Source of the DNA: Desulfuromonadales bacterium
Lineage (GTDB): Bacteria > Desulfobacterota > Desulfuromonadia > Desulfuromonadales > SZUA-540
Length of the DNA stretch: 64,000 nucleotides
Direction of reading: 5' to 3'
Assembly (NCBI GenBank): GCA_033549025.1
Contig: JAWSUS010000006.1
Span: 90,064 to 154,063 of the forward strand
The notes under the pieces: generated by a model
Told to the model about the DNA's origin: nothing
What the model saw: only the letters and a program-made list of their open reading frames with translations
Database searches by the model: none
Shown: positions 19,456 to 30,460 of the stretch, one piece after another
Position numbering within the stretch: the first letter of the stretch is position 1
Layout of the letters: each line of letters starts with the position of its first letter
Position numbers and translations under genes: made by a program

Positions 19456-21501
19456 TCAGGCGCAGTATTTATAGCGGTTTTTACGACAGAGTTCGATAAA
19501 GGCCTCTGTGACCTCCGGATCAAACTGGATGCCGGACTGCTCCTCAATCTCTTCGATAGCCAACTCGCAGGAGAGCGCTTTGCGGTAGGGGCGGTCTGAG
19601 GTCATGGCGTCAAAGGTGTCCGCAACCGCCAGAATGCGAGCCTCCAGGCAGATGTTGTCTCCGGCTACCCCATGGGGATAACCGTTGCCATCAAACTGCT
19701 CATGATGCTGTTCGATGATCTTCGTGACCTCACCCAGAAAACGAATGGGCTCCAGGATGCGAACCCCGATAATTGGATGCTGCCGCAAGGCTTCAATCTC
19801 CGATGGGGAAAGGGCTTCCTCTTTATGCAGGATGGTCGCGGCTATCCCTATTTTCCCGATATCATGAAGAATGGCCGCCTGCTCCAGTCGCCTCACGGAC
19901 AATTCGTGGAGTCCCATGTGCTTGGCCAGTTCGATGCTGTACCGCCGAACGCGATCTGAATGACCGCGCGTATAGGCATCGTTGGCCTCTATCGCCGAAA
20001 CGAGGGCCTGTACGGTACTGAGGTAGGTTGATTCCTGCTCCTGGTAGAGCTTGGCATTGTTGATTGCCACGCTGGCCTGGGAGGCGATGGTCGACAGAAG
20101 ATCGAGATCTTCCGAGGCGAAGGCGATCCCGTCTGTTCTGTTGGCCATGCAAATGATTCCGCTGACTTCGTTTTTAACCATCAGGGGGGCATACATGACC
20201 GTCTCTCTTTTGAATCCGAAATAACTGAATTCGTCAAAACGAGGCGAGTCCTTGAAGTTCTTGAGCAGGAGAGGGCAGCGGTTCTGGATAACCCAGTTGG
20301 ATATGCCTCCTACGCGCAAAGGAATCCGGGTTCCAACCGTAATGTGTGGGGGGAGCCCGACAGCCGCTCCTATTCGCAGTTCCGCGCCACCTTCCTCAAT
20401 CAGAAGGATGTAACCTATACTGGCCCTTACCGCCTCCAGGGTCTTGCTGGTCATGAGTGCGAAGAGTTTTTCGGAATCCACTGTAGAGTTGAGAGCAAAA
20501 CTCATCCTGTTGAGAGCCGACAGGTGGGAGACGGCCTGCTCGAGCGTCTCATTTTTATGTTCCAGTTCACTGGCCAGGTCGGTAATACGAAAATGTGCGT
20601 CCTCGATTTCCTCAAGTCGCTCCTCAAGGGTGATGTTGAGGTATTCAATCTCTTTGAGCCGCTCTTCCAGGGTGAGATTCATCTCCTGGATTTCATCATG
20701 ATGGGCCAATTTTTCCTGACTGACCGTCAATTCCCGCTCATGCCTGACTTTGGTATCTATCAAGTCTTTCAGGCGATCCACCATTTTATTGAACTTGTTT
20801 GTCAGCTCGGACATTTCGGCGGAGCTGTGAATTTCAGTGCGAGCGTGGTCAAAATGTCCGTTTTCGACGAATTCCATGGAACTCATCAGCTTCCGCAGCG
20901 GCGCATCCACATAAAACAGAATGAAGGAGGTTATGGTCAAAATCAGTATGGCCAACATTCCCATGGAGGAAAGCAGGGTCGTTTTCTGGCCTTTGCTGCG
21001 GATAGCGTCCAATTCGCTCAGAGACATATCCACTTCAAGAATTCCGACGAACTCCCGGTCCGGACTGTGACAACCGTGACAGTTGCTGGAATTTGGTATG
21101 GGGATAAGGGTCTTCTGGTGCTCGTTGCCGAAGACAATCCTCGTATAGCTGACCTGACCCTTCTGGTAGGCCATCAGATCCCTGGATGGAACATGCCCAC
21201 CGACCTCGGTGGGATCGGCGGAAACCAGGATGCGGCCGGTTTCGTCAAATATGCGAACGCCCTTGAAGGCAGGCTCGTTGGCAATCTTTTCAAAAAGGGT
21301 GATTATTTCGGTGAGGTTGCCGTGGTCGGTGTTGGTGGTGATGCTGGTGCGGATGGTTTCGCCGAGAATGCGACTGTTTTCCGTGGCGATTTGTGAAAGG
21401 AGGGCTTTTTGTGTTTTCAGGTTATGCCAAACCGTCAAGCAAACGGCGCCAATCATGATGGCGATGGTCAGTCCCAGGATTTTAAATTTCAGGGAGTTCA
21501 T
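19456..21501 (-). CDS. Membrane HD-GYP phosphodiesterase with a periplasmic CxxCH heme-c sensor, HAMP and GAF domains
   Basis: Two TM segments flank CHGCH; HAMP (PLRKL...EMSELTNKFNKM); GAF; YTRGHSDRV, LHDIGK, HHEQFDGNGYP, VADTFDAMTSDRPYR. Confidence 0.9.
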   Translation of the reverse strand: MNSLKFKILGLTIAIMIGAVCLTVWHNLKTQKALLSQIATENSRILGETIRTSITTNTDHGNLTEIITLFEKIANEPAFKGVRIFDETGRILVSADPTEVGGHVPSRDLMAYQKGQVSYTRIVFGNEHQKTLIPIPNSSNCHGCHSPDREFVGILEVDMSLSELDAIRSKGQKTTLLSSMGMLAILILTITSFILFYVDAPLRKLMSSMEFVENGHFDHARTEIHSSAEMSELTNKFNKMVDRLKDLIDTKVRHERELTVSQEKLAHHDEIQEMNLTLEERLKEIEYLNITLEERLEEIEDAHFRITDLASELEHKNETLEQAVSHLSALNRMSFALNSTVDSEKLFALMTSKTLEAVRASIGYILLIEEGGAELRIGAAVGLPPHITVGTRIPLRVGGISNWVIQNRCPLLLKNFKDSPRFDEFSYFGFKRETVMYAPLMVKNEVSGIICMANRTDGIAFASEDLDLLSTIASQASVAINNAKLYQEQESTYLSTVQALVSAIEANDAYTRGHSDRVRRYSIELAKHMGLHELSVRRLEQAAILHDIGKIGIAATILHKEEALSPSEIEALRQHPIIGVRILEPIRFLGEVTKIIEQHHEQFDGNGYPHGVAGDNICLEARILAVADTFDAMTSDRPYRKALSCELAIEEIEEQSGIQFDPEVTEAFIELCRKNRYKYCA

Positions 21502-21568
21502 GGCGACCCACAGTGGATCTTAGCACGGCTTAATTATTCGTAATTCCTTCATAAAATTATTATTTCCG

Positions 21569-21597
21569 ACTTTAACGATGTGGGATATTTGTGTCAA
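21569..21597 (-). promoter_or_regulatory. sigma70 promoter for the HD-GYP gene
   Basis: TTGACA-N17-TAAAGT on the minus strand in an AT-rich intergenic region. Confidence 0.6.
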
Positions 21598-21717
21598 TTT
21601 AAAAATCCGGATTGGGTTTATTATTAAAGACAACCACAGACCCCGATTCTTATAAACCATATATAAAGATGTTGTTGTTATGTATGTATTTCGTCAGAAA
21701 GGAAGGCCCACTCCTTC

Positions 21718-21746
21718 TTGACAGTGCCTTGATGAGAACATAAGAT
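21718..21746 (+). promoter_or_regulatory. sigma70 promoter for DUF2065/queA
   Basis: TTGACA-N17-TAAGAT. Confidence 0.6.
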
Positions 21747-21805
21747 ACCTCGCATTTGGTATGGTCCTAATTTGCCTCCAATTGATCGTTGACAGGATCC
21801 GGGGT

Positions 21806-21991
21806 ATGAAGTTCTTGCTGGTCGTTTTGGGTGTTGTCCTTGTTTTTGAAGGGGCGCCCTATTTTCTATCCCCTGAATCTACCAAGCGGGTTTTGCGGGA
21901 AATGCTTCGAATGCCCGGAAAAAGCATGCGTTTAATGGGGCTTTTGCTCATGTTCACGGGGCTTTTTCTTGTTTATCTCGGGACCGGTTAA
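21806..21991 (+). CDS. DUF2065 (YjeT-like) small membrane protein
   Basis: LGVVLVFEGAPYFLSP...MRLMGL pattern; 61 aa. Confidence 0.8.
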   Translation: MKFLLVVLGVVLVFEGAPYFLSPESTKRVLREMLRMPGKSMRLMGLLLMFTGLFLVYLGTG

Positions 21992-22075
21992 CCTGCGAAA
22001 AGCGTTGACAGTATTAAGCGTTTATGGTTCATTTACACCCTGAATTTTGGGGATGACACTGCCGCTGGTATTTAG

Positions 22076-23110
22076 ATGATGCGTCTTGAAGATTTCGATT
22101 TTGAACTGCCGGCCGAGCTCATAGCGCAGTATCCCCCCGATTCCCGCGAAGAATCTCGTCTGATGGTTCTGGACAGGTCTCGCCGGAACATACTCTGTGG
22201 CAATTTTCCAGAAATCGTCGATCAATTTCGTTCAGGGGATGTTCTTGTTCTCAACGATACCAAGGTCATCCCTGCCAGGCTTCATGGAACCAAGGCGACT
22301 GGAGGCAAGATCGAGGTCTTTCTGGTGCGCCGCCTCGAATCAAACCAGGAAGACTGGGTCTGTCTGACCAAATGCTCCAAGACTCCCAAAGTCGGTAGCC
22401 GTCTGCTGCTTGGCGGCGAGATTGAGGGAATCGTTCTCGGCGAGGGAGAGGCCCCTTATAAGGTCATTCGTTTCACCTGTGCCGGGGATTTTCATCAACT
22501 GCTGGAAAAGGTCGGACGCATTCCATTGCCACCGTATATTCGCCGGGAAGACACCCCGGTGGATCGGGAACGCTATCAGACCGTTTTCGCCCGTGCGAAG
22601 GGTGCCGTGGCGGCCCCGACCGCCGGTCTGCATTTTACCCGGGACATTCTTGCCGCGTTGCAGGAAAAAGGGGTCGAAATTGTCTCACTGACCCTGCATG
22701 TCGGCTTGGGTACTTTCTTGCCCGTACGGGTCGAAAATATCCTGGAACACCGTATGCATGGGGAATCGTTTCATATACCAGAAGCGACGGCCGATACCAT
22801 TAATCTGGCCAAAAAAGAAGGTCGCCGCGTGATCGCCCTGGGTACGACAACGACCCGTACTCTCGAATTTGCCCTGTCCGGCGAAAAGGCTGTTAAGGCA
22901 GGTGAAGGTATCAGCGATCTTTTCATTTATCCAGGCTTCAGGTTCAGGATTGTCGATGCGCTGATTACCAATTTCCACCTTCCTTGTTCCACCTTGATGA
23001 TGCTGGTCTCCGCTTTTGCCGGGCGTGATTTTATCTTGGAAGCATATCGCCGAGCGGTTGAGGAACGTTTTCGTTTTTTCAGCTATGGCGATTGCATGAT
23101 GATTGTATAG
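22076..23110 (+). CDS. queA: S-adenosylmethionine:tRNA ribosyltransferase-isomerase
   Basis: FDFELP..LIAQYP, NDTKVIPARL, PLPPYI, AAPTAGLHF, TNFHLP, FFSYGD. Confidence 0.97.
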   Translation: MMRLEDFDFELPAELIAQYPPDSREESRLMVLDRSRRNILCGNFPEIVDQFRSGDVLVLNDTKVIPARLHGTKATGGKIEVFLVRRLESNQEDWVCLTKCSKTPKVGSRLLLGGEIEGIVLGEGEAPYKVIRFTCAGDFHQLLEKVGRIPLPPYIRREDTPVDRERYQTVFARAKGAVAAPTAGLHFTRDILAALQEKGVEIVSLTLHVGLGTFLPVRVENILEHRMHGESFHIPEATADTINLAKKEGRRVIALGTTTTRTLEFALSGEKAVKAGEGISDLFIYPGFRFRIVDALITNFHLPCSTLMMLVSAFAGRDFILEAYRRAVEERFRFFSYGDCMMIV

Positions 23111-24250
<1,140 letters not shown>

Positions 24251-24311
24251 CACTGTCTATTTTTGACCTTAATTTTAACTCGAGTTTTTATTAACCAAGG
24301 AGGAATCAACG

Positions 24312-24638
24312 ATGAATCTGTTCGGCGTATCTGAAGCGTTTGCAATGGCAGGAGGTACCGGTGCCCAGGGAGAACGTCCCGGTTACGAGGGAATTCTCAT
24401 GCTGGTCATCATGTTCGCCATATTCTATTTTCTGCTTATTCGGCCTCAACAAAAGAGAGCCAAACAGCACAAGCAGCTTATCGACGCGCTCAAGGCAGGC
24501 GACCAGGTGGTTACCGCCGGCGGCATTCACGGTCGCGTAGCTGCCATCCAGGAGGGCGTGGTCACTCTGGAGGTGGCGACTGGCGTTAAAATCAGGGTTA
24601 ATCGCACCTCTATTGTCACCAGCAAACAGGAGCAATAA
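24312..24638 (+). CDS. yajC: Preprotein translocase subunit YajC
   Basis: FYFLLIRPQQKR, GDQVVTAGGIHG. Confidence 0.96.
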   Translation: MNLFGVSEAFAMAGGTGAQGERPGYEGILMLVIMFAIFYFLLIRPQQKRAKQHKQLIDALKAGDQVVTAGGIHGRVAAIQEGVVTLEVATGVKIRVNRTSIVTSKQEQ

Positions 24639-24703
24639 ATTCCTGCCTGTTGTCGACCTGGCTTCTTAAAGCTTAAAGATTCCGAAAGGAGAACGAGACC
24701 TCC

Positions 24704-26302
24704 ATGTCCAAAAGCCTAAAGCTGCGGCTACTTCTGATATTCTTTTGTCTTGCGATTTCAATGGTCTCCCTCGCACCGACCTTCTTCTCCAACAGCCTGC
24801 CGGGATGGTGGACAAGGAACTTCGATCCTATCAACCTTGGGCTTGATCTGCAGGGTGGTATGCATCTTGTCCTCGGTGTCGATGTCGACAAAGCCGTTGA
24901 AAGTCGTCTGGACAGCTTTGTCGATCAGGCGGAATCACTCCTGGTTGAAAAGGACGTTATATTCAAACGAGTGGAGCGTCTCGAAGGTCAGCGCCTGGCC
25001 ATTACGGTTTACGATGAAAACGCCGGTGCCCAGGTCGATGACATTATGGCCAAGACCTTTCCCAACCTGGAAGCCATGACAATCCAGGATTCCAGCGGGT
25101 ATATCCAGAAAAATTATCGCCTTACCGATAATGATATCGCGGCGACCAAGGATTACGCCGTACGGCAGGCTCTCGAAACCATGAGAAACCGTGTCGACCA
25201 GTTCGGGGTCAGTGAACCGACCCTGCAGAGGCAGAGCGGCAACCGGATACTCATCCAGCTGCCCGGGATAAAGGATCCGGAGAGGGCTATTGCTCTTCTG
25301 GGCAAGACGGCTCGTCTTGAATTCAAGATGGTGGCTGAAGATGCCAATATTGAAGACGCGCTCAAGGGTATCCTGCCGCCCGGAACCGTCCTGCTTTACG
25401 AAAAAGATGCCGATCCCCGCACGGGTGTTGTCTCCGAACGGCCTATCGTTGTTTACGATAAGACGGTTTTGACCGGGGATCTGCTTGCCGATGCCCAGGT
25501 TCGCATCGATACGCGCTTCAATGAGCCATATGTTTCCATTGATTTCAATGCCGTGGGTGCCAAACGTTTCGAGCAGATCACGGCCGCCAATGTGGGTAAG
25601 CGCATGGCCATCGTGCTGGATGACTCGGTTTACTCTGCTCCTGTCATTCGTGAACGTATTGCCGGGGGCAGTGCTCAGATCAGCGGCTCCTTCAATGAAC
25701 AGGATGCGACGGATCTCGCCATTGTCCTGCGGGCCGGTTCCCTGCCGGCGCCGGTTAAAATCCTCGAAGACCGCACCGTTGGTCCGTCCCTGGGGATGGA
25801 TTCCATCAACAAGGGGATACTCTCCGTCGTCGTCGGCAGTATCCTGGTCATTGCGGCGATTCTGGTTTACTACAATCTGTCCGGGCTGGTTGCCAATCTG
25901 GCCCTGATTCTCAACGTCTTTTTCATCCTGGCCATGCTTTCCCTTTTCAAGGCCACTCTGACTCTGCCGGGGATCGCCGGGATCGTCTTAACCATTGGTA
26001 TGGCTGTCGATGCCAACGTGTTGATATTCGAAAGAATACGCGAAGAGCTTCGTCTCGGCAAAACCCCTCACAATGCGCTTGAGTCCGGGTATGCCAAAGC
26101 GTTCTGGACCATCGTGGATGCCAACGTCACTACGCTCATAGCGGCTCTGGTTCTCTTCCAGTTTGGAACCGGCCCGGTCAAGGGCTTTGCCGTAACCCTC
26201 TCTATCGGCATCCTGTCCTCCCTGTTTACGGCCATCTTCGTCTCCAGGGCGGTTTTCGACTTTATTCTGGAACGCCGTCACGTCAAACGGCTGAGCATAT
26301 AA
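24704..26302 (+). CDS. secD: Protein translocase subunit SecD
   Basis: LGLDLQGG, RVDQFGVSEP, GMAVDANVLIFERIREE. Confidence 0.97.
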   Translation: MSKSLKLRLLLIFFCLAISMVSLAPTFFSNSLPGWWTRNFDPINLGLDLQGGMHLVLGVDVDKAVESRLDSFVDQAESLLVEKDVIFKRVERLEGQRLAITVYDENAGAQVDDIMAKTFPNLEAMTIQDSSGYIQKNYRLTDNDIAATKDYAVRQALETMRNRVDQFGVSEPTLQRQSGNRILIQLPGIKDPERAIALLGKTARLEFKMVAEDANIEDALKGILPPGTVLLYEKDADPRTGVVSERPIVVYDKTVLTGDLLADAQVRIDTRFNEPYVSIDFNAVGAKRFEQITAANVGKRMAIVLDDSVYSAPVIRERIAGGSAQISGSFNEQDATDLAIVLRAGSLPAPVKILEDRTVGPSLGMDSINKGILSVVVGSILVIAAILVYYNLSGLVANLALILNVFFILAMLSLFKATLTLPGIAGIVLTIGMAVDANVLIFERIREELRLGKTPHNALESGYAKAFWTIVDANVTTLIAALVLFQFGTGPVKGFAVTLSIGILSSLFTAIFVSRAVFDFILERRHVKRLSI

Positions 26303-26312
26303 GGAGTTCGAG

Positions 26313-27227
26313 ATGCAGCTTATCAAACCCGATATCAATCTCGATTTTGTCGGCAAACGTAAAATGGCCGCTGTCTTTTCCGTGGCTCTCCTGGTCGTGG
26401 GGTTTTTGTCCCTGGTCATGCACGGTGGCCCCAATTACGGAATCGACTTTTCCGGCGGCACGCTGGTGCAGGTTAAATTCAATCAGACAACCAGTGCCGG
26501 CGAGATCAAATCGGCCCTTACCGGACTTGACCTGGGGGGCGTCGTCGTTCAGCAGTTTGGTGATGAAGGCAATGAATTTCTCATTCGGTCTCAAAATACC
26601 TCCACTGAACTCAAGGGGCTTTCGCTGGAAATTTCAGACGTTCTTGAAAAGAACTATGGGGAAGGGCAGGTTGAGGTCCGCCGGGCCGAAATGGTAGGGC
26701 CTCAGGTCGGTAAAGACCTGCGGGAAAAGGGTCTTATGGCCATACTGTATGCCCTTGTTGGCATACTCATCTATGTGACCTGGCGCTTTGAATTCCGTTT
26801 TGCTGTTGGCGCCATCATCGCCCTGGCCCATGATGTTTTCATCACCCTGGGCGCCTTTTCGCTTTTCGGCAAGGAGATCGATCTGCCGATTATTGCCGCC
26901 TTTTTGGCGATTATCGGTTATTCGCTCAACGACACCATCATTGTCTATGACCGCATTCGTGAGAACATGGGCAAACATGGGAAAGACGGTTTCGCCGCCG
27001 TGGTCAACCGCAGTGTAAACGAGACCCTCTCCAGAACGATCCTGACCTCGGGGACGACCCTTCTGGTTGTCCTGGCGCTCTTTACTTTAGGGGGCGGGGT
27101 CATTCACAATTTCGCTTTCGCCCTTCTCGTCGGGATCATTATCGGGACGTATTCATCCATATTTGTAGCAAGTGCAATTCTCGTCTTCTGGGATAATTAC
27201 CGTTCGTCCAAAAAAGCGGCAAGCTAA
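26313..27227 (+). CDS. secF: Protein translocase subunit SecF
   Basis: GIDFSGG, VGPQVG, GYSLNDTIIVYDRIRE, GTYSSIF. Confidence 0.97.
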   Translation: MQLIKPDINLDFVGKRKMAAVFSVALLVVGFLSLVMHGGPNYGIDFSGGTLVQVKFNQTTSAGEIKSALTGLDLGGVVVQQFGDEGNEFLIRSQNTSTELKGLSLEISDVLEKNYGEGQVEVRRAEMVGPQVGKDLREKGLMAILYALVGILIYVTWRFEFRFAVGAIIALAHDVFITLGAFSLFGKEIDLPIIAAFLAIIGYSLNDTIIVYDRIRENMGKHGKDGFAAVVNRSVNETLSRTILTSGTTLLVVLALFTLGGGVIHNFAFALLVGIIIGTYSSIFVASAILVFWDNYRSSKKAAS

Positions 27228-27236
27228 AGGAAGGAA

Positions 27237-27818
27237 ATGTTCCTCATGAAGAACAAGGAAACTGTACTACTTGTTGTCATCGCCTTTATTGTCGGACTTT
27301 TGGTCGGCGTACTCCTCAGCAAGGGAGGCAAAGGCTCTTCGACCGCACCTCCGCCGGTCGCCTCACCCGCGCCCGTTGTCAATCATCAGAAAGAGATCGC
27401 TCTGCTGGAAAAGATCGTGGCCGATGAGCCTTCCAACCGGCAAGCCTGGGTTAAGCTCGGCCATAATTTTTTTGATTCGGATCAGCCGATGAAGGCCATA
27501 GAGGCCTACGCCAAAGCACTGGAGCTTGATGGCCGGGATGCCGATGTTCTTACCGACCAGGGTATTATGTTTCGCCGGGTAGGATGGTATGACCGGGCCA
27601 TTGACAATTTTGTCAAGGCCGGCGAGATCAATCCCAACCATGCCCAGAGCTTTTACAACCTGGGTATCGTCTATCGGTATGACGTTCAGGATTTCGCCAA
27701 GGCCAAAGAAGCCTGGACCCGGTTTCTGGTGCTGAGTCCGAGCGGAGCCGGTGCGGATCAGATCCGCAGGGAATTGCAGTTTATTGAGGCTCACCCCGCG
27801 GGAGTACCGTCAAACTGA
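27237..27818 (+). CDS. Membrane-anchored TPR protein
   Basis: N-terminal TM segment, Pro-rich linker, about three TPRs (AWVKLG..AIEAYAKALEL; YNLGIVY). Confidence 0.85.
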   Translation: MFLMKNKETVLLVVIAFIVGLLVGVLLSKGGKGSSTAPPPVASPAPVVNHQKEIALLEKIVADEPSNRQAWVKLGHNFFDSDQPMKAIEAYAKALELDGRDADVLTDQGIMFRRVGWYDRAIDNFVKAGEINPNHAQSFYNLGIVYRYDVQDFAKAKEAWTRFLVLSPSGAGADQIRRELQFIEAHPAGVPSN

Positions 27819-27827
27819 CCTTGAGTA

Positions 27828-27864
27828 ACACAGCAAAGCCGGGGCTCTCCCGGCTTTGCTGTGT
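27828..27864. repeat. Perfect 16-bp inverted repeat between the TPR gene and recJ
   Basis: ACACAGCAAAGCCGGG-gctct-CCCGGCTTTGCTGTGT; no U tract follows. Confidence 0.7.
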
Positions 27865-27885
27865 CAGGACTTTGAAGCCTCGTCA

Positions 27886-29616
27886 ATGATAAATCCGGTT
27901 GTCAGAAAAAGATGGGCAGAGCGTGGCTCCAGGCCAGAGTCAGGCCAGGTGGCTGCCCTGGTGTCCGCCCTTGGAATCGGTGAGATCACCGCCGGTATTT
28001 TATGCCGGCGCGGGATTGTCGAGGAACAGGCGGGGAGAGAATATGCCGAATGCCTGCTGGCTTCCTTGCCCGATCCTTTTTTGCTCCCGGATATGGACAA
28101 GGGCGTAGAACGCCTCGCCCGTGCCCTGGAACAAGAGGAAGCGATTGCCATCCATGGGGATTATGATGTGGATGGCATTACCGGCACGGCTTTGCTGGTC
28201 CAGGGACTGCGTGATCTGGGGGGGCAGGTCGATTATCACATCCCTTTGCGGCTCAAAGACGGCTACGGGCTTTCCGGGCAGGCCTTGACCGCCGCCTCGC
28301 AAAAGGGCGCTGCCCTCGTTGTCTCCGTCGACTGTGGGGTAAGTGCGGTGTCGGAGGCCGCCCTGGCCCTGGAACTCGGGCTCGACCTGATTATTACGGA
28401 CCATCATCAACCTCCCGAGATTCTGCCCACGGCCTGCGCCCTGATCAATCCTCAACTGCCCCATTCTCATTTCCCCTTTAAATCTCTGGCCGGGGTCGGA
28501 GTCGCTTTTTTTCTCCTTGTCGCCTTGAGGAAGCATCTTCGGGAGATCGGTTTCTTTTCAAGGCGACAGGAACCCGATCTGCGCCTGCTCCTTGACCTGG
28601 TAGCGCTCGGAACCATCGCGGATATAGTCCCGCTGCAAGGGGTGAACAGAACCCTGACCAAAGTCGGGCTGGGGCTTTTGAACAGCTCTCCTCGACCGGG
28701 CATCTCCTGTCTGCAGAAAGTGACCGGCACCCGAGAAATTTCCAGCGGCACCGTCGGCTTTCAACTGGCTCCGCGTCTCAATGCAGCGGGTCGATTGGAA
28801 GATGCTGCGCTAGGTGTGGATCTTCTTCTGATGGACGATGGCGAGGGGGCCATGGAACTGGCCGAACTTCTCGATAGTTTTAACAAGGAGAGACAAAAGA
28901 TAGAAAAGGAGACCTTCGAACAGGCGGTGCAACAACTGGAACAGCCTGGCGGAACCTCATTGTCTCATGCCATCGTCCTTGCTGATGAACGATGGCATCC
29001 GGGGGTCATTGGCATTGTGGCCAGCCGCCTGGTGGAACGTTATCACCGCCCCTCTGTTCTCGTGGCCTTGGACGGAGAGCAGGGCAAGGGCTCGGCCCGA
29101 TCGATTCCCGGCTTTCACCTATACCGGGCGCTGCAGACCTGCGGCCATGTATTGGCCGGGTATGGCGGCCATGAATTTGCCGCCGGCCTTAGTATCGCGT
29201 TGGCAGACTTTCCTGAATTTGTTCAGGCATTTGATGCCCATGCTCAAAACGTCTTAAACGAGGACGACCTTAAGCCTTTGGTTTATTTTGATGAAGAAGT
29301 ATGTCTTGAGGAAATCTCTCTCGAACTGGTCAAAGAACTGGAGATGATGCAGCCCTTTGGCGCTGGCAATCCCGAACCGGTCTTTGTGGCCAGGAAGGTA
29401 AGGGCTTTGGGCGTAGAGACACTCAAGGAACAGCATCTGCGCTGGAAGGCCTGCCAGAACGGCGTCGTGCATCCCTGTATTGCCTTCGGCCTGGCCGCGC
29501 GCAGTGACGAACTGCGGGACGAGTTCGATATGCTGTTTACCCCTTCCCTCAACGAATGGCGGGGAAGGGTCTCCCTTCAGCTGAGAATCAAGGATATCCG
29601 CCCCTGTAGGGATTAG
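27886..29616 (+). CDS. recJ: Single-stranded-DNA-specific exonuclease RecJ
   Basis: GDYDVDG, VDCG, TDHH, GTIADIVPL, PRLNAAGR, GSARS, GGHEFAAG, PFGAGNPEP. Confidence 0.96.
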   Translation: MINPVVRKRWAERGSRPESGQVAALVSALGIGEITAGILCRRGIVEEQAGREYAECLLASLPDPFLLPDMDKGVERLARALEQEEAIAIHGDYDVDGITGTALLVQGLRDLGGQVDYHIPLRLKDGYGLSGQALTAASQKGAALVVSVDCGVSAVSEAALALELGLDLIITDHHQPPEILPTACALINPQLPHSHFPFKSLAGVGVAFFLLVALRKHLREIGFFSRRQEPDLRLLLDLVALGTIADIVPLQGVNRTLTKVGLGLLNSSPRPGISCLQKVTGTREISSGTVGFQLAPRLNAAGRLEDAALGVDLLLMDDGEGAMELAELLDSFNKERQKIEKETFEQAVQQLEQPGGTSLSHAIVLADERWHPGVIGIVASRLVERYHRPSVLVALDGEQGKGSARSIPGFHLYRALQTCGHVLAGYGGHEFAAGLSIALADFPEFVQAFDAHAQNVLNEDDLKPLVYFDEEVCLEEISLELVKELEMMQPFGAGNPEPVFVARKVRALGVETLKEQHLRWKACQNGVVHPCIAFGLAARSDELRDEFDMLFTPSLNEWRGRVSLQLRIKDIRPCRD

Positions 29617-29626
29617 GCGGCTCGGC

Positions 29627-30436
29627 TCATTTTTGTGTGGTGCCTCGCAGGTAGATGAACCAGTAGGTGAGGGCCACAAAGACGACCCCTCCCAGAATGT
29701 TACCCACCGTCACGGGGAGCAGGTTCCCTGTCAGAAAGTTTCCCCAGGTAAGACCGGGTACCTCCCGTCCCAGTTCATCCGCCAGCAGCAGGCCGGTGGG
29801 AATGAAGTACATGTTGGCGACACTGTGCTCGAAGCCGCTGGCGACAAAGGTCATGATCGGGACATAGCAGGCCAGTATCTTGCCGGGAATATCCCGCGCT
29901 GCAGTCGCCATGAATACCGCCAGGCATACCAGCCAGTTGCAGAAAATCCCCCGAACCAGCGCCACGGAAAAAGAGAGTTCGCACTTGCTGGCAGCAATGC
30001 TGATGGCGTAATCGGCGACATTGCCGCTTTTCCAGAGGTCCGAGTGAAGCATAAGCCAGGCGAAGAACAGGGACCCGATCAGGTTTCCTAAAATGACGAT
30101 GAACCAGTTTTCCCAGATTTTATGCCAGGGGATCTGGCCCTGCAGGGCCGATTTGGTCAGCAGGCTGTTGCCCGTGAACAGTTCGGCCCCGCAGATGACC
30201 ACCAGCATCAGTCCCATGGAAAAGACACTCCCCGCCAGCAGACGGCTGAGCCCCTGACCGAGGTAGCTGGCGCTGTCCTGCGTGATGACGGTCGCCAGCT
30301 GGGCCCCAAAGGCAATATAAAAACCGGCCAGAAGGCTCAGGACCACGGTTCGGGAGACCGGTTGCGTCGTTACGCGCTTGCCGTTTTCTACGATGGCCAG
30401 AGCCGTTTCCCGGGGAGGGAGAAATCTTTTTTCCAT
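29627..30436 (-). CDS. Formate/nitrite transporter (FNT) family channel
   Basis: GAELFTGN, CNWLVCLA, GFEHSVANM, GNILGG. Confidence 0.93.
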   Translation of the reverse strand: MEKRFLPPRETALAIVENGKRVTTQPVSRTVVLSLLAGFYIAFGAQLATVITQDSASYLGQGLSRLLAGSVFSMGLMLVVICGAELFTGNSLLTKSALQGQIPWHKIWENWFIVILGNLIGSLFFAWLMLHSDLWKSGNVADYAISIAASKCELSFSVALVRGIFCNWLVCLAVFMATAARDIPGKILACYVPIMTFVASGFEHSVANMYFIPTGLLLADELGREVPGLTWGNFLTGNLLPVTVGNILGGVVFVALTYWFIYLRGTTQK

Positions 30437-30460
30437 GGGGGTCCTTTCCGAACGTCCGGA

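Noticed and set aside
21502..21800. AT-rich intergenic stretch as a possible riboswitch or foreign DNA
   Set aside because: No GEMM/c-di-GMP riboswitch motif seen; consistent with two divergent sigma70 promoters.
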